A stretch of 57,867 nt of DNA, the filler included, from Sluysia triapertura (Eukaryota), in the NCBI GenBank assembly GCA_046118255.1. It is 4 parts of 4 records of this genome, joined end to end, with 100 filler letters (N's around TTAATTAATTAA, not from the genome) between each part and the next. Parts side by side here need not be neighbours in the genome. Positions count along the whole stretch, not along the records: positions 17,760 to 31,573 come from JBJNIA010017968.1; positions 31,674 to 43,457 come from JBJNIA010171035.1; 2 more parts are not named here. One strand, given 5' to 3'. Shown here piece by piece: positions 25,798 through 39,099 of the stretch. The notes beneath the pieces were generated by a model. It saw only the letters and a program-made list of their open reading frames with translations, searched no databases and had not been told where the DNA came from. Within the stretch, counting starts at the first letter, position 1. Each line of letters begins with the position of its first letter. A program made the position numbers and the translations under genes.

Positions 25798-27024
25798 ATG
25801 TCTTGCTATCCAAGGGCACAATCAAAAACCTTTATATTTTTATAAATTTACAATTTCAAACGTTATCCTCTTTTGATTTAGTGAAAGGAACTGTTGGGAT
25901 GCAGGCCTAAAGTGCCATTTGGTATAATGGACTATAATAATCTAAAATTGTTAGACGGGGCTGCTATCTCAGTGGTAGAAGTTTAACAGAACCAACTAAA
26001 AATAAAAGTTTATTAAAACAACAATCCATTAAATGGTAACTTACTAACAACTAACACATACAAAATTATTACTAATGACCATACATCAACTTTAGGCAAA
26101 TCATGAGAATCACTTAATATTTTTTTGTGCCGAATATGCTAATGATGCACAAGATATTTTTTAAATTGAATTTGTTTAAAATACAGTTTATGGTTTTAAA
26201 TCATGATATGCAACTACTCGCAAAATCTGCCGAAAATAATGCTTAGCATCAGCTTCATTGAGGCCATTTGAACCTTTAGTTAAAATATAATCATATAAAT
26301 CACCACCGTCAAGTATTGAATTTAAGTATTAAATACAATTTACAGTATTAATCGCTTCAACAAAATAATTTGAAGTTGAATCAATTTCATACACATTACT
26401 TCTGACAATAATTAATCTTTATATTCGTCAGCAAGCTTTGCTTATGAGTTATTTTATTAACAACTTTTTCTTGTGAAAAAATATGTGCTTCTTTAACTAC
26501 GATTATGTTTCGGTTTATTAAGAATTAACGAATTATTTTGAATAATAATAAGGATTTAGAACATAAAAAATAACAATAAAAGGAAATAAAATATGGTAAA
26601 ACAGGGTGAAGAGAATAAGGAAAGTAGAATAAAGTGAAAGTAGACGAATAAAAGATAATGTTACTAAAAATGGCAAAAATAATAACTTTAGGAACAATAG
26701 CACAATGATAATAAGAACAGTTTTGAGTTTAAGAACGACTGTTTAAGTTTGTGTGTAGTTATTAGAACATGGATTAGTATCATTATTATGACTGATTTTG
26801 TGACGATATTTTGAACTAGTGAAGAATGTTTCTGTTTCATGTATGGTATTCGTTGATTTGATGTTTTGTGTTGAATTTCATTGAAATTTGCACCTTGAAC
26901 TCGCCACACAAGCTTGGTATTTACAAGGATGATATTTACACTGGTAAGAGGTCATAACTAATAGTGGAAATTATATTCTAAAATAAATATTATTAAAGGT
27001 ATGAAAAATTTAACATTTCTTATT

Positions 27025-27699
27025 TTATTCTAAAAACGGATAGAACTTTCCAATAAGCCTAATAATAACATGAAATAAACATTTATAGACAAAATCAAAT
27101 TTTACGTAAAAAGTTGATTTATTTACCTGATGCAAGATATCTTTTGATGTTGCCCCGGACAATGCAATGTTTAAATTATCTGGATCACCATGTATTATTG
27201 TGTTTTTCATAGAAAAACCTTTAATATCTGGATTGTACACGCGCATGAAATTTACCAAAGTTAATGCGTCCTCAACACCACCAATATCAAAAACATAGCC
27301 TTTATTTTCTCTTAATAATCCAAGAATGTTGGTAGCTTTGATTCCCAAACCAGCTGTTAATGAATCGCCTAGTGCTGCAATAACTTTAATATCACTTGGT
27401 AACAATTCATTAACATTTCTTCCATGTTCAGGCACGGAATAATTTTTGCATGGAAATTTAATAGAAACATCGTTTTTGTGAAAATATGAATAATAATTAA
27501 TTAAATGTTCTTGAAATTTTAAAGACCACCTTCGATTTTGGGAAATGACATAAATCAATTTTTCATAATCAGTAAAATTACTTTTTACTTCAGAAACTAA
27601 TTTAATAATTTGTAAAATGTCATTTAAATTATTCGATTCGAAAGCTTGATTTATTGATATAATTAATATCGCAGTAATATAAAAAATTGGATCATTCAT
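27025..27699 (-). CDS. phospholipase B1-like GDSL/SGNH lipase, first exon (27699-27127); downstream part missing or broken
   Basis: Signal peptide; FPC; NVNELLPSDIKVIAALGDSLTAG; DIGG..TLVNFMRVYNPDIKGFS; LNIALSGATS; donor CAG|GTAAAT at 27126. The next exon reads AYWKVLSVFRIK* and stops early. Confidence 0.85.
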   Translation of the reverse strand: MNDPIFYITAILIISINQAFESNNLNDILQIIKLVSEVKSNFTDYEKLIYVISQNRRWSLKFQEHLINYYSYFHKNDVSIKFPCKNYSVPEHGRNVNELLPSDIKVIAALGDSLTAGLGIKATNILGLLRENKGYVFDIGGVEDALTLVNFMRVYNPDIKGFSMKNTIIHGDPDNLNIALSGATSKDILHQVNKSTFYVKFDFVYKCLFHVIIRLIGKFYPFLE

Positions 27700-27836
27700 T
27701 AAATAATAGTTTTATGTTGATGTTTGAGTATTTATTTGAATTACTAATGATTATGAACTTTGTATTGACATTCTTTCTATTGACGCACTAATTAAAAATA
27801 ATTGAAACAATCTATTTTGTGCTCATAAATCAAGAG

Positions 27837-27905
27837 CAGAGGTTTGAAACTGTTTTGAATGACGTGGACCAAAGTAAAGTTTATGATTCGTCCACTGGCT
27901 AAATC
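27837..27905 (+). mobile_element. degenerate hAT (Charlie/Buster-like) left end
   Basis: CAGAGGTTTGAAACTGTTTT resembles a CAGGGGTTCTCAAACTTTTT TIR and is preceded by ATCAAGAG, close to the NTCTAGAN target preference. Confidence 0.4.
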
Positions 27906-29876
27906 TCATATTTGTTATTAAATTATTTTACAAATTTTTTCTTATATGCCATTGCATTTCATAAAATATAATTCATAATTTTGAACATTGTACATGAAAC
28001 ATTTCAAACAAATATTTATTTGAAATAATTGATAATAATAATAATAATTTTAATGGTTAAATTTATTTTTGTTTCATTTATTTGGTTTATCAGTTGAAAA
28101 TGTCTTTCTCTTATATTTCTTCAATGACTTAGTATAACTTTGTAGAGGTAGAGTTAATACTCGCCTCTGTTAAAAATGGAAGTGCTAACTAATATCGTGT
28201 AAATTATTTTGAATCTTATTTTTCAACTTCCAAAAATAAATAAGACTTTAAAGTTTAATAAAATTTTATTTAAAATGCGAAGATACCATATTACCAATTT
28301 GAAGTAAAAGGCAAATAACTTATTTACACGTAATTTATTTTTCTAATTAGCTTTATTTAAAAATTTAAATTTTATACTTGTAGTCCAAAATAAATATAAA
28401 AAATGTTACAAAAACTTTAAATAAAATGACATGTTTTCTGTTAAATTCAAACATGTACCAGAATATGTTCAATTAAAACCAAACGAATGTAATACGTACC
28501 AATGTATATTTAGTTATATATTCAATTAAATTCAAATATATTCAGTCAGTATTATTTTGACAGTAAAGAGCTCCTATTTATAGTACTCTTTCTATATGAA
28601 TTTATTATAGTCAAATTTATTATCAGACAAAATTATTCAATTGTGATAACAAATTTCTGTTCTGTCTAAAACTATCAATATAACTTCATATATACTAAAT
28701 TTAATTCAATTATATATGGTTAAAAACTTCTGTTTTCATATATTCTATATACATTACATTAATACTGCACTGCTTACTCTTGCAATTATTTACTTAATGC
28801 GGGTTCACTATGATTTACGGTTTATGCGTAAGGCGACATATTCGTAAGATTTTTCATTAATTATGAACTGTAATGTAATGTATGTATTATTTAATAGGTA
28901 AGCTCTATGTATGTTCTTTATTTGACAAAATAATAGGTATTTAATTTGAACTATTTAATTTATAAAACAGTAACTTGAACTATTTAATTATAAAACAGTA
29001 ATTTTACTGGGGAAATCTCACTTTATGATATTCTAATGATTAATTAAATACAAAACACTAAGTTTTATTTATTCAAATTCGATGAAAAGTTTATAAATAT
29101 AAATGTATATATGCATCTAAAGCTAAATATAACTATAAATTGTATATTAAAACAAAGTTTCAGTAAATCGATATTTTAAGACAGTATTTTATTTCTAGCG
29201 CAAGCTAGAATCAAAGAGATTGGATTTTATATTTTATACATTTCGTAAAAAGCCAAAAACCTACTATAATAAACATACAAAATTTGTCGATAATTCGCTT
29301 TTGTTTAGTATGTCTCAGATGTATTTGTACAATTTAATTTTAATTCAAAATCTTCTCCAATTGATATCGTTGGCTGATATCGTGATTTTTAACTTAATAT
29401 AATATTTGACTTATTCTGAGTATTATTTTTGATAAAGTTTAATGTATACTAACTTCAGGCACACTGGTTTATAATTATCAGTGAAAAAAGCACATGCATT
29501 AGTATTTATTAATCATTAGATTATGAAACATTTTTTAAAAATTAATAATATTCTGTTATATCAGAAAGAAAAACATATGTAGATATAATGTTAATTGTTA
29601 GATAAAATATTTTCAAAAATTATTAATAAAATATTCTGTTATTTAAAATTGTCTTTTAAATATTGTTAATATAAAATAAAAAAATGTTTTGGTTATTTTA
29701 GGATTACTTATTTAAAATATTTAATATTTAAAAATAATGCTTTTATTCATGCAAATACTTCCTCTCAAATCAATGTAGCATAAATTGTGGAAATAAGTGT
29801 TGATAATAATATGGATCATGAAACAGAAATGTAAATGTGCGTATGTTAATGTAAGTCATTACTCGGAATCTGTGAT

Positions 29877-30990
29877 GTGAATGTCGACCGGGTAGAAAAG
29901 TGGTTGTTGATCTCTGACCTAGGCAAAAATATGATCGTGCAGAACGATAACGATCGGTTGCAAAATCTACCAGGAATCATGGTGTACGATGTTGATGGTG
30001 ACGTCGAAACTGTAGACTTAGATGTTAAAGAAGAAGGAAACAAAAAAGGAGGTATCGTGGAACAAACTGACAAAAAGTCAGAGCCTTTTTCCCGAATGAA
30101 ATCTAGTAAGGAAACTAGTTCAATCATTATCCTTACGCAATTAAAATTCGGCAGCTTGAGTGTCTGACGAGTGCATACCAATATATCAGGAGATGGAAGA
30201 GATATCAAATTGTGATTATTCAAATTTATCACACATTTAACCATCCTGAAGGCATTTTCATAGTATCCACAATAAGTTTAATGTTAAAAACTACAAGGAT
30301 CTTATCATGGAGATAACCAAAAAAAGTATTGCCAAATGTCGTTTATAGCTTTTGCGTCTTTTAAGTCATCTTTATCCAATGCATATCGAGAAGAAAGTTC
30401 CTAATTCTACAACATGGGAGGATCTCAACTTAGGTTTGATATTGTTTCTTATAGGGGATGCAAGCCAATTGAATAACGCGAGTTTTGTCTCAGAAATCCA
30501 AGTCACAGTGATTCACTTCGTCATAGACCGTCAAGGAGTGAACATGAGTGAAGGATGTTCCCAATGACCAACGTGCAATGTTTGCCTTGTCATTTTCATA
30601 CATATTAGAGGAAAAAGACCGTGGTTTATCATCATTAAGGAATATAACAAAGCGACAGAGATGGAGAATTTCTGGGCTTCAATAAGGATCCTAGAATGCT
30701 GGCTCAGTCATGAAAGATGCATCGTTGAAAATGCATATATCCGGAGAAAGGAGGAGCTCCTTTTATTATGAAAATGATTTCTATTATCAACCTGACTACA
30801 ACAATGTATAGCGTCAAAGTATTCCGGGAAATTTCCCAGGTCATTTACAGTATAATGTTTAGAGGATAGATTAAAGATATGTGTAGTTACATTCTGATGT
30901 AGCTTGCTTTTGAACTTATGAGATGTTGAAGTTGAATTAGGGTTTTTTCAGCTCAACATTTATCGATGAAAGTGTTGTTTCGCCTATGGT
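29877..30990 (+). pseudogene. GC-elevated decayed ORF, probable chuvirus-like nucleoprotein fossil
   Basis: Across frameshifts it reads NLGLILFLIG..NN, GCSQ/MTNVQ, RPWF..KEY..EMENFWASIR and RRKEELL. This recalls the chuviral N motif order (LVLFLAG..N; GM.H; PW; Y.DSIR; RKEL). Confidence 0.4.
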
Positions 30991-31573
30991 TGAATCATTA
31001 GTACTGTAAATAATAATATCTATAAATCTGTAATTGTAAATAATAATTTTTGTATCTATAAATCAGTAATTGTAAATAATTTTTGTGTAAATTTTGTAAT
31101 AATTTTGTAATTTTTGTAAAAAAGTAAAATAATAATTTTTGTGAAAATCTTTAAAATAATAATAATTAAAATCTAATTAGATAAGTAAATTAAAAAAGGA
31201 TGTTTATAAATAAATTTTAGTCTGTAAATTTAATAGGATGTTTATAAATGAATTAATTATTTTTAAAACTAAATCTAAAAGGAAGTAATTATTTATTTAC
31301 GTTTAAAAGTTTATTTTATTATCTTTAGTAGTAATCAAAACGGACATTTATTTTATAATTATTTGCGAATATTTTAATGCACGATTATAACTACGGATAT
31401 TGATATAATTATTTAATTCTCGGAAATTTATTATTTGATATTTTAAATTTAAAATCGGATACATTATAATCACATCAGAGGAAGTTTACTCGAATCAAAA
31501 AGGTATATAAGGTTTAAATAAATTAAAATGTTTGGCAGAAATTTTTAGTTCAAGTTAAAAAGGATTGGATATT

Positions 31574-31673
31574 NNNNNNNNNNNNNNNNNNNNNNNNNNN
31601 NNNNNNNNNNNNNNNNNTTAATTAATTAANNNNNNNNNNNNNNNNNNNNNNNNNNNNNNNNNNNNNNNNNNNN
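31574..31673. other. artificial contig linker
   Basis: N44-TTAATTAATTAA-N44. Confidence 0.97.
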
Positions 31674-31699
31674 TGTACCTATCCTGGTATTGTTTGTAA

Positions 31700-31758
31700 A
31701 TACACGGGCCGCATGATTTGCTTCCGCGGGCCGCCACTTTGACACCACTGGTCTAGAG
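31700..31758 (+). mobile_element. hAT Charlie/Buster-type element or MITE, right end plus target site
   Basis: CGGGCCGC occurs twice, then CACTTTGACACCACTG (reverse TIR CAGTGGTGTCAAAGTG) ends at 31750, followed by the canonical 8-bp target GTCTAGAG. Confidence 0.85.
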
Positions 31759-34638
31759 CATTCTAGAAGCTTCTATTCTATTTTTAGAAGCGAATGTTCT
31801 TCTTTTGAAAATAATTTCTCCTTTGGAAAATAAAATTTTCTTTTTTGGAAAATAATTATTTTTAAGTGATTTTAAAGATTTGCAAATGGTTTTCATTGAT
31901 TTCTAAATAATTTTAAAGCATTTTGTAATTTTTGAGGATTGCGATGAAAACCTAACAGGAATCATTTCAAAATTTAAAATAAATTTCGGATTCAATCGAA
32001 AACTGAATCGAAAAATTCAGTAAATATATCATTAAGGCGTGACAACGCGTAAGCCTTAATTAAATAATTTGCAAATTTTTGTTTTTAAAGACTTTTGCAG
32101 ATGAAGCATATTAATCGAAATTAATATTATTCAATATAATATAATTAATTAATATAATATAATTAAAGCATGTGTGGTCACGTACAGTCACATATTTATA
32201 TAAAAGTCATTCGCTTATACTCTTGACATTGCACAACTTCAGCTCATATCACACAAATTTCAACACTCAAAATATAAAAAACTATTATAATAAACTACTA
32301 TTATAAATTATCACGTTTAGCTCCTTTTCTAATTTGCCTCAGCATCACCTCCGAAACATGATTCCTTTCTTCTTTCGTCCTCTTTCTATTAGTCTGTATG
32401 TTTGTTTATTTTTTACAAATTCCTATTGTTTTTATTTTATTTCTGAAGATAAGGAATTTCGTGCTGCAACATGTTGAATAATCATCCTGATAAATTGCAG
32501 AAGGTGAATAATGAAATTGACAAGAAAAAATAGCTTTCATCAAAATGCAATTAACAGAATTAATTGATATTGAAGAAATAAAACTCAGAGATTGTCAATC
32601 AGCCTCTATCTAGATTCAAATGTCTCGTTCACGCGATTCATATGAAAATTATTAAGTTTCGACGATTTCTGCAGTACTTTTATCATCATTAGAGCCTCAT
32701 TAATTATCATGGTGCTGATGAAATTAGAAAGCTTAATACAAAATTTTTACTAGTACAATGATTGTGACGCCCATGTTGATCATCACGGTAGCGATCATGA
32801 TTATGCTCATCAATATTTTGAATTTTTTATTATGTTCATATATTACCATGAATTCAAAGAACACGGAGTTACCGACGAAGACTGTGATTCTTCCACAAGA
32901 AGAACGGCTAGCGCAAAAAAGCACATCCAGGTTGAACCTATTGTTCTTTTGAGTTATCATCATGTAAGTTTTTTGTTTGCTCGATATTCTTATGTGCTGC
33001 AAGAATCAATCGGTGTAGCGCGTGTGTTAAATAAAAGAGTCGTTTTTTACTTTCTTGTTTGAAGAGAAAAATATACAATTTATCATAATTTTGAGTTATT
33101 AATTATTTTATCCTTTCGCAAGGAGAGTACTTCCGTTTTGTATTCAAATAATAAGTCCAAATTTTAAACTGCTCGTTCATGTAACAAGGATTCGCCCATC
33201 ACAGCATATATAATAATTTTTTGCAAAATATAGTTGTAGATCCAGGCATTTACCAGTACAGAGTACTATCAACATTAAATAAATCATGAAAACAGTGAAA
33301 TTCTATAATTCTTTAAAGATTTTAAAGTTGTAATTTTTGTTGTCAAATAATTTAAAATAATGGGAAGCAGCAAATATATACTAAACAAAAAATAAGTTAC
33401 GCAACTTTCAATAAATAATTAACAGTTGGATTTAAATGAAAAATCTTTAACTAGAGGTCAAGATTTTATTCAGTTACTCAACCTTGACTGCTTAATAATA
33501 ATTAAACACAAAAGTTCTTATAAGTATTGAGTTTACGTTTAATCCTATTAAAAGCATTTGTAAATAATTTTGAATTTACAAATCCGAAAAAAATTCGGTT
33601 TCTTTTTACTCTGACCTATTCAATTTAAATCTATAGATGTTAAAAATGAGATTTCTTAAGTGATTAATTAATAAATGTTAAACACTAATTTACGTAGATC
33701 GTATTAAAAGGATCTATAACAATATATTGAGTTTACGATTCCGAATAAACTTCGGAGGAGTTAAATCCACGACTGATTTTAAAATTTTATATTTATGTAA
33801 TTTGCGAGGATTCGATAAACGAATGTTTGTTTAATAATTATTGATTAAATAAATTAATTAAAGATATATTAAGGAAAAAACACAATTAATTATACAATTA
33901 CGTATTATGCGAAATATATAAAAATGTGGCATTTTATTAAATTAAAAATTAATAATAATTCAATAAGATTTTAATAATAAGTTTACAAAGGAACCCTTGC
34001 TTGATTCCAAAATAAAATTATAAAATTGATTTTAGTGTATTTTAAAGTAGTACTAAAAATGATTAACCTTAAAATATATCAAACAAACTAATGATGGATT
34101 AATTTTTTAAAATAAATATGTCGCTTGTCCAAAGTTATCAGGAACACCCAGATCATATCCAAAACTGTATAATCGAAAAAATATTCAAGGCTAAAATAAT
34201 GTGTCAAGATTTTTAAATATTTTTTATTTGTGTAAATTAAGGTTATTATTTTTATATTAATTTCAGTCATCCTTGATGACTCTGGACAAACAAAACTAAA
34301 TATTTAATTTTACATTAAAATGGAATAGTTTATAAAATAACATTGAAATGACATAATTTATAAATTACAAAATTAACAAAATTATTAAATAATATCTTAA
34401 TAATTAAAACTTATAGTAGGTATTTTAACAATTAAAAATTACTTACATAAATGAACAAAATCCAAGGTTAGTAACAAAATTAATCAATAATTTTATAAAA
34501 TAATGATAATAGACACATGAAAAATTAATCAATACGCTATCATAATTGTAGAATAAATCAATAAAATACTAATAATAGACACACAATACAATCACAATCA
34601 ATATACAATCACAATTCGATCATAGATCATAACAAATT

Positions 34639-34830
34639 CAATAAACAAAATCAAAAATACATATATTGACTCTTATGAAATCTTCTAGCATTGTCATATT
34701 TTGTTAAACTTAAGAAATTCACATTATTTTACGGATATTATTAATCAAAAAATATTATTCGTCCATTAAAAATACCTTAGGCCTAAAAATATTATTTTTA
34801 ATAAACCAAACTCCAACACTTGAATAAAGC
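34639..34830 (+). repeat. ~190-bp direct repeat, copy 1 (copy 2 at ~35517-35710)
   Basis: CAATAAACAAAATCAAAAATACATATATTGACTCTTATGAAA...TTAGGCCTAAAAA...CTCCAACACTTGA is near-identical in both copies. Confidence 0.9.
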
Positions 34831-34879
34831 TCGTTGTATCGATTGTAAAAATTTTCATTGAATTTTCCCAATAGAAGTC

Positions 34880-35409
34880 TTTCTATGTCTAAGCAGATAC
34901 AGTAACCACGGAAACGAAGATGTACAAGTTCAGAAGAACAAAAGAGTAAGAAGAAAAGTTGATTAAGATAAAAGAAATAATAACGATGACAATAACATAA
35001 TTATATATTTTAAAATAATACTCTTGCGACGTTATTATAAAAGTTATTATATGATTGTCATGATAATCACATTACATAATAATAATGATAATAATTATAT
35101 ATTTTAATAATTTAAAATATTTAATATTTACAATAATAATTATATATATTAATACGATTGGATTTATAATAACAATAACTATAGTTCATTACAATTATAT
35201 GCAATGGTTAAGTTTGTTTTTTTAATGAGTCAATTAGTTTGTTTAATGTTCTATGTATGTAAGAGATGTTTTTATGTAATGAAGTATTGATATTTTGATA
35301 TGATTTCCTTACGGTAGAAAATGTTTTATATGTAAATTATGTATGACTTGAATTATGACTTTGCATGATTTATGTATGAACGATTATAGTGTGCGGTTGA
35401 AACACTATA
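34880..35409 (-). mobile_element. LTR-like dispersed repeat (inverted copy at ~41790-42175)
   Basis: The reverse complement aligns with 41790-42175 (ACATAAAAACATCTC.TACATACATAG.ACATTAAA..AATTGACTCATT). The minus strand starts TATAGTGTTTCAACC, like the TGTAGTG LTR starts. Confidence 0.65.
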
Positions 35410-36495
35410 GTAATTTTTGTTGTTGTTAAAGAATTAAAAATAATAGGAATCAGCAAATATGTACTAAACAAAAAATAAGTTAAGCAATTTTCAATAAATA
35501 ATTAACTAAATTAATCCAATAAACAAAATCAAAAATACATATATTGACTCTTATGAAACCTTCTAGCATTGCTATATTTTGTTAAACTTTAGAAATTCAC
35601 ATTATTTTACAGATATTATTCAGTAAAAATATTATTCGTCAATTAAAAATACTTTAGGCCTAAAAAAAATATTATTTTTAATAAACCAACTCCAACACTT
35701 GAGTAAAGTTCAAAATATGAATTACTATACGTTACATTAAAACAGTCAGAGTTTGAATTAGTCAAGTTTCTAAAATTTTCAATGCAATTTAAAATATTTT
35801 ATTTAAATGTTTCAGAGATACCTGGTAAATGAAAAACTGATTAAATAATGATTAAAATGAAATAATGATTAAATATTTTGAAAATTATAAAATATTTTAT
35901 TTACAGTCGAAATTTATTTTATTTATATTTAATTTGATATTAAGATTAATATTTTACTTAAAAGAAAATTATTTTAATACATGTCAAAGAGAAATGTAAA
36001 AATATGAAAACTAGAAAGCACTCAATAAACATATCTCATATATTATTGGATTTTTTGATCATTAAATACTACCCTTATTATTTAGAATCACATTAATATC
36101 ATTAATTAAATATTCATTCTTCAAAGATATTTTTAATCTGACTTGTAATGCAGATTATTCGAATTTTATTTAATTCGATAAAATATAATTAATATAATAT
36201 AAAATGTGTTAGTTTAATGTAGTTAACATTGTTACGATTTGTTAAGATTATTAAAATTACGAATACTTATTGATGAAATTACATTTCTATTAAAAAAATT
36301 ATTAAAACTTGATTACAACAAAAGAGATTATATTTTATTTTTACTTTATTGAAAAGAATTGTTTACAATTATTTAAATGAAATAACAACTCACATGACAA
36401 ACTAAATTTATTTATAATACTTGAGCTAAAGGTATTGATATTTATACAGATTATTTCGCGAATATGTCGTTTACTTCGTACACATGTTTCACTAA

Positions 36496-36849
36496 CTAAA
36501 TAAAAGTTAGGATTAATTTATAATCAGAGTGACATTTAAAATTTACTTTTATGTTATCTGGCACCACTCGATCGAATTGTATATTTGTGTAATTGTTGGT
36601 GGGCATTTTGAGCTCTTTTACACGGGAATATTGTATTGAAGAAGAAGCAACTAAAGTTGTTAACAAGCTGTCTATTCTGTTGCGATGTATGATGGCAAGT
36701 GTTGAGCTAATTCCGAGCTCTTCAAGCTCATCAACGGAATGATAATATTTGCATCTTGAAGCATATCTTGAACATTCTCCAGTTTGTGTGGTTATGTACG
36801 GACATAAGGCCGTCTTATAATGTTTATTGAAGTCTGCTAAATTGGACAT
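36496..36849 (-). pseudogene. Unkempt-type CCCH zinc-finger fragment
   Basis: HYKTALCPYITTQTGECSRYASRCKYYHSVDELE has C-x9-C-x6-C-x3-H spacing, identical to Unkempt ZnF3, with the YKT lead-in. It is not part of a complete gene. Confidence 0.75.
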
Positions 36850-37179
36850 CTTTGTGCATGGAGGTTTGTTACCAACATACAGTGACTTGGAATGTCTAAA
36901 TTTTGAATTTTTGTTTAGAGTTTCTGATCATGAAGCATGGACTTTACTTGTCATGACGAAAAAATCAATGTCTATTATTAAGTATGATGATAGTAATAGA
37001 TTAATAGGCATCAGTATAATTTGATTCTCATTTATCGTCATAAATCTATCGCAATTTCCATATCGCTGTATTAATTTGTACTTTATCATATAAGATTCAT
37101 TCAATGTAGAATTTATTTTTACTCGAAAGACATAAGTCGATGCAATTAAACTTTTAAAACTAAAGTTTTGTTCGGGTAT

Positions 37180-37700
37180 GAAATTTACACATAATTCATC
37201 TTCTTTATCATTTGAAGAATTTTTATAAATCGCCAACGCTGTACAAAATCCATATGTATAATGTTTCGCATGATTATTTGTTGAATAATTGTTTAACATT
37301 TTAAGACATCAATTCTAAACTTGGATTCATTATATTTTATTAGCTTGTTTATTTGAAGGTCGAACACTTTAATTCTATTGACATAATTGTATGAGATATA
37401 CAATAAATTTTTTTTTGATAAAGTAAACACATTTTGCAATGTTTCACCTTTTCTAGCAATAACTGTATCATTTAGTTGAACATAAATAACATTTAAATAC
37501 TTTTCCAGTGAAATTTGTTCAGCATGTGATCTTGAACATTTTGATTAATACCATGACTTTAGTCTTAATTTTATGAAGTTGGACCGAACTAACCCTTCTT
37601 TTTGGTCATAATCAGCTTTATACCAATTTGGGTAAAGTGTCAGATCATCATCATTATCTATTGGCACAAAATCGTGCGATACATCTTTTATTTTCAACAT
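37180..37700 (-). pseudogene. grb2: GRB2/Drk/SEM-5 adaptor pseudogene (SH3-SH2-SH3)
   Basis: VSHDFVPIDNDDDLTL..PNWYKADYDQKEGLVRSNFIKLRLKSWY*SKCSRSHAEQ matches HDF.A..DDELSF..NWYKAEL.GKEGLIPSNYIEMK...WY.G.I.R..AE. Stop at 37545-37547. The SH2 remainder is IARKGETLQNVFTLS, and after a frameshift TALAIYKNSSNDKEDEL is C-SH3-like. Confidence 0.85.
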
Positions 37701-37859
37701 CACTAAAATAGCTTATTAATTTCTTTTTTATCAATAAGAATTAAAATTTTTAATGATCCAACAAATTATTAAATTATATTAACTTTTATATAAACTAAAA
37801 AATGATATATTGTTTATAAAAATGCCACTATTAATTCTCTTGCTGAAAAATTGTGTTTT

Positions 37860-38951
37860 TAATTAATGATTATCACTATAATGAATATGTCACTCTAATT
37901 ATCTGCTGTATCTAGGATATTAACATTATTTATTTTATGGTGTGTTGGTTTTGTCGCTAATTGGACGTTCAATTATGAGAAATACAAATTGAATTATAGA
38001 GATGATTGGACGTCCAATGAGGGTACATACAATTAATTACAGCTAGGATCTGTCATCGGTAGAAAATAGACAAAAATGTAAAGCTAGTTTTAAATTAATC
38101 TGTCTACCAATGACAGTCCATGAATTAAAATTGGTTGTTAACTAAATAAAAATAGTGATAACGAATAAAAGAATGATAATAATAATAATAATAATAATTA
38201 AAATTAATTGATAATAAAAACAAAATTTTCTCGACATAATTAAATTTCTTTACTTACTATATTGTCTTAGAAGCCGAATATTAAAAGGTTGAGAGTTTAT
38301 GAAGTTTTAAATTATGCTGTTGCATTTACAATAAAATTTAGGTGTAACTGTGATTCGAATTCTATAAAATAATGAATGACTGTTTTAAAAGAATTTCCAT
38401 GTATACTTTAATGTTTTTAAATTAAAGTTTGGATGTTTGAAGATTGTGACTAAATGTTTGGGATACAAAAAATGATTTTAGTGGATCTAAAAGAAGTAAA
38501 ATATAGCAACAGTAGTTGTAAGATGTTAAGAGATGTGATTATGCTTATGCTGTTATGGAACTATGAGTAAAATGTTTTTAATGAATTTTTAAATGTCAGT
38601 TATTAATCTGAGAGTGAATGTACTTTTAATAGAATAAAGTATGAAATAGAAATGTTTTGAGAAGGTTAGGATGAGGTTTTAGTGGATATAAAGGAAATAA
38701 AATATGAAAAGGTTTAGATAAAATGTTATGGAATGTGATTTTATGTGAAGTGTGTAGAATTAAGCTTGCAATATTTTGAATTAACTTTTCAAGTAAATCT
38801 TTGTTGATTTTCGATGATAAATGTAAATATGATGTTATGCAATTTTACGTTTCGAATGTTTGGAAATATTATGAGTTATGAAATGTTGTGAAAGGTGATT
38901 TTGTTGTGAATTTTTGAAATAAAACTCCAAGATATTCGGATGGTCACCACA
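37860..38951 (-). mobile_element. Gypsy 3' LTR, 5' portion (may extend through the cargo to ~36144)
   Basis: PPT AAAGGGGGCAGA (38963-38952) is immediately followed by TGTGGTGACCA. Homologous to ~23200-24177. Contains hairpin arms 38050-38063/38103-38116 and the palindrome ATTGGACGTCCAAT (38005-38018). Confidence 0.85.
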
Positions 38952-39099
38952 TCTGCCCCCTTTGAAGACTCGGAGCGACAAATGGTTAAAATTGAAATGA
39001 GCCTGTAACGTTTAGTTTGATTTTGTGCAGACCTTGTTCATTTAATAGGGTAGCTATATTGTTGAATGTTACCGATTTCTTTGTTGGTATTGTGTGTGA

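Noticed and set aside
31327-31573. Polinton terminus (AGTAGT)
   Set aside because: Only a 6-mer, with no partner TIR or Polinton gene visible before the contig break.
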